A stretch of DNA of 9,270 nucleotides from Fonticula alba ATCC 38817 (lineage: Eukaryota > Protista > Nucleariida). The position numbers and the translations under genes were made by a program. Below, piece after piece: positions 1-8,900 of this stretch (the first letter of the stretch is position 1; each line of letters opens with the position of its first letter). The DNA lies in the NCBI GenBank assembly GCA_000388065.2, contig KB932205.1; one strand, given 5' to 3'. Under the pieces are notes generated by a model. It made no database searches. It worked only from the letters and a program-made list of their open reading frames with translations, and was not told the DNA's origin.

Positions 1-175
1 CCCCCCCCCCCCCCCGCCCCCGCTCCCTGGGCTTTGGCGCAGTCCCTTGGCCCTCCTGCCTGGGGCGCTTTGCACCTGCACGCGGTCCGCTCATGTGCCC
101 GATAGCTGACATGTCCCCGGCGCGTGTGGCCCGGTCTCTCGACCGTGGCGTTGCCCGGCGCGATGGCCTGGCTAG

Positions 176-289
176 GAACGAGTGGTGGATCCGACGATCG
201 GCCTTCCGCAAGGCGCGCGAGATCCAGCTGGTCAACCAGAAATCCGAGCTCCTCCTGGAGATGCTACTGCCGAAGTACATCCGTCGCAA
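176..289 (+). CDS. Cyclase exon: helical/coiled-coil domain preceding the catalytic domain
   Basis: Acceptor TAG at 173-175, branch-like CTGAC at 106-110, donor GTGCGT at 290. Encodes NEWWIRRSAFRKAREIQLVNQKSELLLEMLLPKYIRRK, resembling the 'LL.N.LP..V' helical domain of transmembrane cyclases. Confidence 0.8.
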
Positions 290-3200
290 GTGCGTGCCGA
301 CATTGGGGGACCGCCCTCGCCCCGGCCGCCCGGCCCTCCGGCCCTCCCACTGACCGTGATCCGGCCCCCGCCCTTGCGCCGGCCTCCCCCGACGGCCGGA
401 TGCATGCACGCAGGATCAGCGAGACACCCAACCTGCGAAGCATCGCCGAGTCCTTTCCCCATGTGGCGGTCATCTTCCTCAGTGTCACAAGTGCGTGGGC
501 TTCGGCGCCGCCTGGCCCTCCTGAGACACGCCCGCTCGCGGCACCCGCGCACGACGCAAGCAGCACACCGCCCCTCCGCCCCCGTGCCCCGCCATGCATG
601 GAGTCCACCCGCGGCCGGGCCGCGGCCCGGCTGCTCCGGGACCCTTTCACCCCGACGCTCACACATCCGCCCCCGCCCCCGCCGCCCCCGTGCCAGACTT
701 CCGGCACTCCAGCATGGAGAGCGCCAACTGGATCGAGATGCTCAACGAGCTGGCCGTCGTCTTCGACGAGGTCATGAGCATGTACGGCGCGCTGAAGATC
801 AAGTTCGGCGGGGCCACCTGGCTGGCCATCGCCGGTGGCCCGGCCGACCTGGACCCCAAGCTGGAGTACCCGCCGCTGCCGCTGGCCCTCTACTCCAGCG
901 GCATCGGCCGCGGCGGGACCAGCATCAATGTTCGCCGGCGCATTGCCGATCTCTTTGCCCAGTGCGACGATGACTTCGAGGATTTGGACTGGGCCCTGGC
1001 CGCGGCGGCGGCCATGGCCCGCGAGACGGCCGCCTCGAGCAAGCATCGCCAGGCCGGGCTGGCCGAGGGCCCGGCTCCGGAGGGGCTGCTGCTCGAGGCG
1101 GCCGGCACCGGCGGCCGCCAGACCCCCGGGGCTTCCAACGGCCTGACCGTCCTGTCGCCCAATGGCCTGGCCGGCCAGGCGGTCACCTTCCCCGGGGCGG
1201 CCCGGGCCAGCCAGGCCGGGGACGTGGCCCCGCGAGTGGCCCGCGACACCGACCAACTGGCGCAGGCCCTCCAACGGGCCGGGTCGGCCATCCTGGAGAC
1301 CGTCAGCCTCAGCCCGACGCACTCGGCCGACCTGGAGTGGGCGCGCCAATCGGCGCACTCCTTCGGCGCCGGGGGCATGGGCCACCACGGCGCGGGCCCC
1401 GGGGCGGCCGGGGCGCTGGCCGGCCGGATGGACCGGCCGGCCGGGCCGGCCGGCGCCAGCAGCGCCGGGCGCCGGCTCCTGTCGGCCGGGCTCGGCCTCG
1501 ACCTCGGCCCGCCCTCGGACTTGTCTCTGGCCACCAGCCACCCGGACAGCCTCCGGGCCGTGGTGTCCGACACCGAGCTCGATGTCCTGCTGCACCGGCG
1601 GCACATGCCGCCCGGGGGGGCTTTGGACCAGCCGGCCGCCGGCCTGGCCGCCGGGGGGGCCTACCCTCGCCAGCGCCAGTCGTCCCTCTGGCCCGGGGGC
1701 GAGCTGCAGGACGGCCTGCCCAGCCCGGAGGCACGGGCGACCGGCCCCTTGAAGCGCCGGCTGCCCCGGCGCCTCCTCCGGCGCAGCAACTCCTCCCTGC
1801 ACCAGCGCCCGGCGGCCGAGAACGGGGCACTCAGCCGCTTCAGCTCGGCCTCCAGCCTCGGCCATGCGGCCGACAACATCTACCAGCAAATATACTCCCG
1901 GCAGATGCTGTCCACCACCGGCGGCCTGGTGGGGGGCTCGGCCGCGCGAGGCCGGCCCAGCGGCCAGGCCCGGGCCGCCCTGGCCCTGCGCCGGTACCAG
2001 CAGCACGCCGGCGGGCTGGACCCCGAGTCGCTGGAGGCGGCGGCCGTGGCGGCCGAGGTGGCGGCCGATGCCGCCGTCGCCGCCGCCGGCCACGGCCTCG
2101 GCCCCGACCCGGGCCCCGGCCGCAAGCGCCCCAACCCCCTGCACCAACGTAGCCGCCTGCGAAATATGATCCCCCTGAAGCCGGCGCGCCGGGGGTCGGC
2201 CGGCGCGCCGGCCGGCGACCCGCCGCCCCGCTGGCATCGGCGCCGGTCGCTCGACCGATCGGCCTCCGGCCCCATGGGCCCGGACCGGCAGTCCGATGGC
2301 GGTCCCAGCCCCGGCCGCAGTGGCAGCCGCAGCCGCAGCCGCAGTCGCCATTCGAGCCCGGACCGCGCGCGCCAGCCTGGCCGCCGGGCCTCGCCATCCC
2401 GGTACGATGGGGCGCTGGAGGGACACCTGGCCGGGCAGGCGGGCCACCGGCCGGGCCATGATGCCGAGGCCCGGCACGCCGAGAAGCCCACCTGGCTGCG
2501 GCGCCTGAAGCGCCAGCTGGTCCTGGAGCGGCGGTTCCCGGCCACCCTGGAGCCGATCGCCCTGGCGGCGCTGATGTCCTCGCCGCCGGGGCCTGGGGCC
2601 GGCGGGGCCCGCGCCACGGCGGCCAGCGGCCGCCGCGCCTCCCCGATGGCGGCCAACCCGTCGGACTGCCTGCTGGGCCTGCCCGGCGCCGGGCGCCTGT
2701 CCAAGCGGAATTCCCTGCTGGTGGAGGCCGGGCGCTTGGCCACCGGGCCGATGGCCGAGCCCGGCATGGCAGGCCGCTTCCCCGCCGCCGGGGGGGGGAC
2801 CCCCCGCCGGGGCAGCGCCGCCATGGGCCCGGCCGCCGGCGACCCGGCGCACGACTACCCGGTCCCCCCCTCGGACCAGGGCCCGGGCTTCGATGCGGTT
2901 CTCCAGGCGGCCGCCGACAGCCAGCGCCAGGTCCCGGACCTGGAGGCCGACCTGGAGGCAGGGCTGGACCACCAGGCCGATGACGCCGGCGGCCCCGGGG
3001 CCGCCGGCGGCAACATCGCCCAGTTCTCGTGGGCCAACTTTTGGCACGCACAGCGCCGGGCCTCCTCCTCCACGAGCAACATCTCCGGTGACAGCCCGCC
3101 CGAGCAGGCGGAGTCCTCCTCCGGCGGCGGGTCAAACTCCGAAACCGACCTCTTCACCCGGGTCCGCACGACCCAGCAGCAGGCGGCCCAGGCGGCGGCC

Positions 3201-5205
3201 GTGGCCGCGCGCCCGGAGGGCAGCACATCGCCCGGCCCCGGGTCATCCGGCCTCCTCGCCGGGCCGGGCCTCTCGCGTCCGGAGTCCACACTGCTGACCG
3301 GCGAGCGGTCGGGCAACATGGCCCACGGGCGCCGGCGATCCCTCCGCCCGGGGGCCGGACCCGGCGGCGCTTCAGCCACCACCAGTGGCGCCGGATCCTC
3401 CGGTCAAGCAAGCGGCGACTCGGCCGACAGTACGGCCGAGGGGGCCCCGCCGGGCCCGGCCATCGGCGGCGGCGGCGGCGGCGGCGGCGGCATCCTAACC
3501 AGGCTCGGCCTCAGCCGCCGGCCATCGCAAAACATCAATCTCTCGGCCCTGGACGGCGCGCAGGGCAAGGGCCCGGCCCCGGGCACCGCCCCCGGGGGGG
3601 GGCCCCTGTGCAGCGCCCACCTGGAGGAGCGTGAGGATCCGGCCGACCCCCCGGCCGAGGGGCTGGATGAGGCGGAGCAACAGGCGGAAAGCGCGCACGA
3701 GCTCTTCCTGCGGGAGCTTCGGATGCCGGTCAGCCGCCTGCTGCTGATGGCCATCCACCTGCAGAATACCATCGTCAACTTCGGGTCCAAGCACCGGCGC
3801 GACTTCCAGGTGAAGGCTGGCTTGCACGGTACGCGCGCAGCTGTCCGATGCCGGGGGCGTCGCCTTCCCCCCTCCCCCCCTCTCTCTCCCTCTCTCGCTC
3901 TCTTTGTTTCGCTCCTTTCCAAGCCGCCACGCGGCCCATGATCCGTGGGCTGGGTCGCGTGCTGCCACGGGCACCGCCCTCCCCGCCGCCATCTGCTCGG
4001 CCATGTGCTCGCGCAATGTGCCTGCCACTGTGTCGACCCATGCGTGTACCTGCACCTGATCTCACACATGCACCACCCATCCACACGCCCGCATGCCGCT
4101 CTCGACCCCTCCTCCCCCNNNNNNNNNNNNNNNNNNNNNNNNNNNNNNNNNNNNCCCCCCCCCCCCCCCCATCCCCCGGCCCCCGGGCCCGCCCGCTTGG
4201 TGGCCACACAGTCGGCCCACTCATTGCCGGGGTCATCGGCACGGACAAGTTCGCCTACGACGTGTGGGGCGACACGGTCAATGTGGCCTCACGTATGGAG
4301 TCCACCAGCCACGAGGGCCGGGTGCAGGTCACCCGCGCGGTCATCGAGGCCGCGCCTAGCATGTTCAACTTCGAGCTGCGCGGCAACATCCAACTCAAGG
4401 GCAAGGGCCGCATGCGGACATACTTCCTGCGGGATGTCATCGCCGACCGCAAGCAGTATTGGGTGCGTGACCAGCTGGCCGGAGCCACGATGGGCCCCCG
4501 GCCGCGGCTTCTCCTCCAACCCTTGGCGGGCGGTGGCACTCCCAGGGGGCAGCATGGCAAAGCATCTCCCGCCTTCCCCTCGCCCTTGCATTTGCCGGAC
4601 ACACCCACTAACTCCAAGGGGGGCGGGAAACCCAGCTCACCGACATGCCGGCCCTCAGCCACTCGCTGTCGGCCCCGACCGACCTCTTTGGCGAGGAGGC
4701 CGCCAGGCCGCCGGCCGGGGCCGACCTCTCGACCCCGCGCTTCACCACGGTCCCCTACACGGGGTGGCGGTCGCGGTACACCGCCCCCCCGGGCCGCGAG
4801 GCCCAGGCCAAGGTGGAGCCGGCTTCGCGCGACCAGCCGCCCGACCGGGACCCGGAGGTGCCGCCCTACCACGGGGCCAGCCCGCTGGAGGGCCGCCGCT
4901 TGCAACCGAACATCCCGCCCGGGACCGGCGTCAACCCCGGGACCCCCCTGCTGGAGGTCTTCCCCCTGGCGGACACGCGCAAAGATGCCGTTCTGCTGAA
5001 TGCCCAAACTATACCCCCGGGCCAGGCCACCGGCACTCTGCCGCCCAAGCGCATGTATTACCCCCGTGCCCTGGGGCTGGAGGGGGTGCAATTCCGCGAC
5101 GGCGGCGCGGCGTCCATCGCCCTGCGCGCGTGGGCCACCCAGCCGCTGCTGGCCATGGTCACCCTGCAGGAGACCTTGGAGAAGATCGAGAAGTGCGGAC
5201 CATGA
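176..5205 (+). CDS. Class III nucleotide cyclase, probably adenylyl cyclase (C-terminal part, 5'-partial, spliced; about 1380 aa in the window), with a giant insertion in the catalytic domain
   Basis: Joining 176-289, 414-490, 697-3828, 4212-4462 and 4636-5205 at GT..AG sites keeps one frame. It yields a helical-domain motif (SELLLEMLLPKYI), then IAESFPHVAVIFLSVTNF, LNELAVVFDEVM, LKIKFGGATWLAIAG, VKAGLHVGPLIAGVIG and KFAYDVWGDTVNVASRMES...RGNIQLKGKGRMRTYFL, the class III cyclase signature. Lys (801-803) and Asp (4259-4261) are the ATP-selecting residues. Confidence 0.9.
414..490 (+). CDS. Cyclase exon: start of catalytic domain (beta1)
   Basis: Acceptor CAG 411-413 and donor GTGCGT at 491; phases match both neighbours. 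Encodes ISETPNLRSIAESFPHVAVIFLSVT. Confidence 0.85.
697..3828 (+). CDS. Cyclase exon, 3132 nt: N-half of catalytic domain, ~960-aa insertion, then alpha3-beta4
   Basis: Acceptor CAG 694-696 and donor GTACGC at 3829. Uninterrupted frame with mostly G/C third positions and cyclase motifs at both ends. Confidence 0.82.
3465..3491 (+). repeat. Coding (GGC)9, poly-Gly in the cyclase insertion
   Basis: Read directly; in frame with exon 697-3828. Confidence 0.9.
4119..4153. other. Assembly gap (35 N) inside a cyclase intron, flanked by C-runs
   Basis: N run followed by 17 C. Confidence 0.99.
4212..4462 (+). CDS. Cyclase exon: C-half of catalytic domain
   Basis: Acceptor CAG 4209-4211 and donor GTGCGT at 4463. 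Encodes VGPLIAGVIGTDKFAYDVWGDTVNVASRMESTSHEGRVQVT...KGKGRMRTYFLRDVIADRKQYW. Confidence 0.93.
4636..5205 (+). CDS. Cyclase exon: C-terminal extension of unknown function (ends at TGA 5203-5205 or splices out at 5192)
   Basis: Branch point CACTAAC 4606-4612 and in-phase acceptor CAG 4633-4635. This frame has strong G/C third-position bias. No recognisable domain. Confidence 0.68.
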   Translation, partial: LTDMPALSHSLSAPTDLFGEEAARPPAGADLSTPRFTTVPYTGWRSRYTAPPGREAQAKVEPASRDQPPDRDPEVPPYHGASPLEGRRLQPNIPPGTGVNPGTPLLEVFPLADTRKDAVLLNAQTIPPGQATGTLPPKRMYYPRALGLEGVQFRDGGAASIALRAWATQPLLAMVTLQETLEKIEKCGP

Positions 5206-5288
5206 GACCAGCCGGCCAAGCCGCCGGGCGGCATCTTCCCCCGGGGACGCAAAGAGGGCGGGGCCCTCCTTTGGTGGCATCGTCCGTG

Positions 5289-5302
5289 CGCGCGCGCGCG
5301 CG
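5289..5302. repeat. (CG)7 tract
   Basis: Read directly from the sequence. Confidence 0.9.
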
Positions 5303-5321
5303 GCCCTCACCCCCATTCGCC

Positions 5322-5342
5322 CACACACACGCACACACGCAC

Positions 5343-5391
<49 letters not shown>

Positions 5392-5423
5392 CACACAGAC
5401 AGACAGACAGACAGACAGACAGA
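5322..5423. repeat. Compound microsatellite: imperfect (CA)n followed by (CAGA)7
   Basis: Read directly; CAGA copies at 5396-5423. Confidence 0.95.
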
Positions 5424-5469
5424 CCCCCATCAATGTACATGTATCCCTTGTCTTTGTGCGCCGGAGTAG

Positions 5470-5530
5470 GAGCTGTCCGACAGAGACAGGCCACGAGGCA
5501 GGGAGTGCGACGCAGGCGGATGCCCAGTGA
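5470..5530 (+). CDS. Possible alternative terminal exon of the cyclase (K-SCPTETGHEAGSATQADAQ*)
   Basis: Donor-like GTGCGG at 5193 (phase 2), an intervening (CA)n tract like other introns here, and TAG at 5467-5469 preceded by a pyrimidine-rich stretch; the join is in frame. No homology support. Confidence 0.35.
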
Positions 5531-5690
5531 GGACGCACGGTGGGAGGGGTTTTCTATTTTTTGGACTCGCGAAAAGGACGCAGGAAGGACAGAGGAGGGA
5601 AGGGCCGAGGAGGACGGCGGCCGACGGAGGGCAAAGAGGATGGAAAACACGTCGCCCCCATTACCCAGGGAGGGAGAAAGAGAGGGAGAA

Positions 5691-7277
<1,587 letters not shown>

Positions 7278-7412
7278 GGTTGTGCTGGGTGGGTGCGTGC
7301 GAGCGGGTGCGCGCGGGCGTGCGAAGGGACGTGTGTTTGCGCTTAGCAGGAGCCGGCAAGGGGCGTGGAAAGCGACAGGGCAAGCGGACAGGGGGGGGGG
7401 GGGGGGGGGGGG

Positions 7413-7520
7413 NNNNNNNNNNNNNNNNNNNNNNNNNNNNNNNNNNNNNNNNNNNNNNNNNNNNNNNNNNNNNNNNNNNNNNNNNNNNNNNNNNNNNNNN
7501 NNNNNNNNNNNNNNNNNNNN
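7413..7520. other. Assembly gap (108 N) between the head-to-head CCDC137-like and COMMD2-like genes
   Basis: N run preceded by 22 G. Confidence 0.99.
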
Positions 7521-7655
7521 GTGACCCGGCCCGGCAGAGGGCGCACCCGCCGAGGAGGCCCTTAGGCGAGGCCGGCCGACAGATTGCGCGCGCACGCGGC
7601 CGATCGCCGCACACGCACCGCCTCCGCGGTTCCCCGGCCCCCCCCCCCCCGTCAG

Positions 7656-7684
7656 GCTGTGCTGCACATGGTCGAGCTCTCCGG
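7656..7684 (+). CDS. Probable small upstream exon of the COMMD2-like gene (AVLHMVELSG in the best-biased frame)
   Basis: Flanked by a 13-nt poly-C tract plus GTCAG acceptor and a GTGCGT donor at 7685. Frame and linkage to the next exon are uncertain. Confidence 0.45.
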
Positions 7685-7911
7685 GTGCGTTGGCAGCAAG
7701 CCCTGTGTTTTGGTCTGGCGAATGTTTATTCCTCCCCCTCCCCACGAAGGGGCCCCGCAGGCGCGGAGAACGAAGGCCGGAGGGCGGAGGCGACGCGCCC
7801 CACACCGCCGGGCCCCATGCCAAGAGGCGCCGGCTGGCCGGCTGGCTGGCTTGAGAGACTGCGCCAGCGCTCCTACCCTCCTCTCGCCTCCCCCCCCCCA
7901 CCCCCCTCCCT

Positions 7912-7927
7912 GCACACACGCACACGC

Positions 7928-7985
<58 letters not shown>

Positions 7986-7986
7986 A
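7912..7986. repeat. (CA)n microsatellite with a few CG/TA variants, in a probable COMMD2 intron
   Basis: Read directly from the sequence. Confidence 0.95.
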
Positions 7987-8034
7987 TCCCCCCCTCTCCC
8001 CTCTCCCCGACACGCCGCCCCGATGGAGATCCAG

Positions 8035-8412
8035 AGCTCCGCCTCGCTCCCCTCCTACCAGGACCTCTCCTGGCGACTGGATATCAAGACTGCCTCGCGC
8101 TCCATCCGCGGGCAGATGACCCCGGTCTTTGTGTTGATGTTTGTCCTGGACAAGCCGGACGGCAGTGCGCAATCCATCTGGCGGCCAGCCGGCCGGCCTT
8201 TTCGCCTCGCGTCGCCCCGCCTCGCGCCCTCGCTCCCCTTCCATGCTGCCTGCTTGCGATTGACCCCATGCACGCCGCCCCGCTCAGCCACCGAAACCCG
8301 GGTTGTCGAGGCCGATCCCAACACCATCGGCCACCTGGCCCAGACCCTGGAGCTGGCCCTGCGGGAGTCCTCCTCGGCCCACTCGCGCCGTGTCACCCGC
8401 AACATCCACTAG
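8035..8412 (+). CDS. COMMD2: COMM-domain protein, COMMD2-like (5'-partial; exons ~8035-8164 and 8288-8412)
   Basis: SLPSYQDLSWRLDIKTASRSIRGQMTPVFVLMFVLDKPDGTTETRVVEADPNTIGHLAQTLELALRESSSAHSRRVTRNIH* matches recalled human COMMD2 (SLPSYHNLEWRLDVQLASRSLRQQIKP...TDPATLLHLVQQLEQALEEMKTNHCRRVVRNIK). Donor GTGCGC at 8165, acceptor CAG 8285-8287. The 5' boundary is ambiguous (AG ending at 8028, 8034 or 8036, or ATG at 8023). Confidence 0.88.
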   Translation, partial: SSASLPSYQDLSWRLDIKTASRSIRGQMTPVFVLMFVLDKPDGSAQSIWRPAGRPFRLASPRLAPSLPFHAACLRLTPCTPPRSATETRVVEADPNTIGHLAQTLELALRESSSAHSRRVTRNIH

Positions 8413-8515
8413 AGCGATCCTCCTCCGGTGGCGGAGAGGCCCGACGCGTCGCGCCGACCACGCCCGGCCCCTCCTCTCCCACTGCCGGCATCCCTCGCCC
8501 CACAAAACATGCCAC

Positions 8516-8521
8516 AATAAA
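8516..8521 (+). terminator. Candidate polyadenylation signal AATAAA for the COMMD2-like gene
   Basis: Canonical hexamer about 100 nt after TAG (8410-8412), in a locally A-rich patch. Confidence 0.5.
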
Positions 8522-8666
8522 TCACACAAAAGCTCCGACGCACATGCCCCTGGCAGGGGCGGAGGCCCGGGGGAGGGGGGGGGAGATGCAGGAGCGAGCA
8601 GGGCATCCTGCTCGATTGCAGGCGGCATCCGGGCATGCCCCTCCCGGCTTCGCACCACCACCGCCT

Positions 8667-8696
<30 letters not shown>
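8667..8696. repeat. (CCG)10 trinucleotide repeat
   Basis: Read directly from the sequence. Confidence 0.92.
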
Positions 8697-8698
<2 letters not shown>

Positions 8699-8900
8699 CC
8701 CCTTCGTGCGCACATACTTTTATCCTCGCCCCGTCGTCCCCCGACGCGCCGCGGTTCAAACAACGAGCAGGGGCCGGGGCACATCGGCAAGAGCCCGTCC
8801 CGAACGAACGGCCTGTCATGTGTATTTCCATATCACGTGTCCCCTCTGAAAATGGCTGGCGCTCCAACGGGAAATTGGCCGCCGGCCAACCCTACCGGGA

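Noticed and set aside
264-3047. 927-aa antisense ORF and other long overlapping ORFs (1840-3135, 890-1606, 1880-2824, 1337-2152)
   Set aside because: 264-3047 is the codon-aligned antisense shadow of the cyclase exon; G/C-ending sense codons seldom give TTA/CTA/TCA. It also runs through introns. The others are Arg/Pro/Gly-rich off-frame reads with no motifs.
837-3722. Insertion as an intein, mobile element or in-frame giant intron
   Set aside because: No Cys/Ser-start or His-Asn-end intein motifs, and no endonuclease, transposase or RT motifs or terminal repeats. No consensus donor at the boundary and none of the repeat tracts seen in real introns. The intron option still needs RNA data to exclude fully.
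795-4294. Guanylyl cyclase assignment
   Set aside because: The specificity positions are Lys and Asp (KIK, YDVW), not Glu and Cys (KVE, YCLF).
8549-8560. CCTGGCAGGGG resembling part of the U1 snRNA 5' region
   Set aside because: Lacks the ATACTTAC 5' end, the U1 stem-loops and an Sm site; a chance match in GC-rich DNA.
8749-8757. GGTTCAAA resembling a tRNA/SINE B-box
   Set aside because: No T-arm stem, no A-box at suitable spacing, no cloverleaf.
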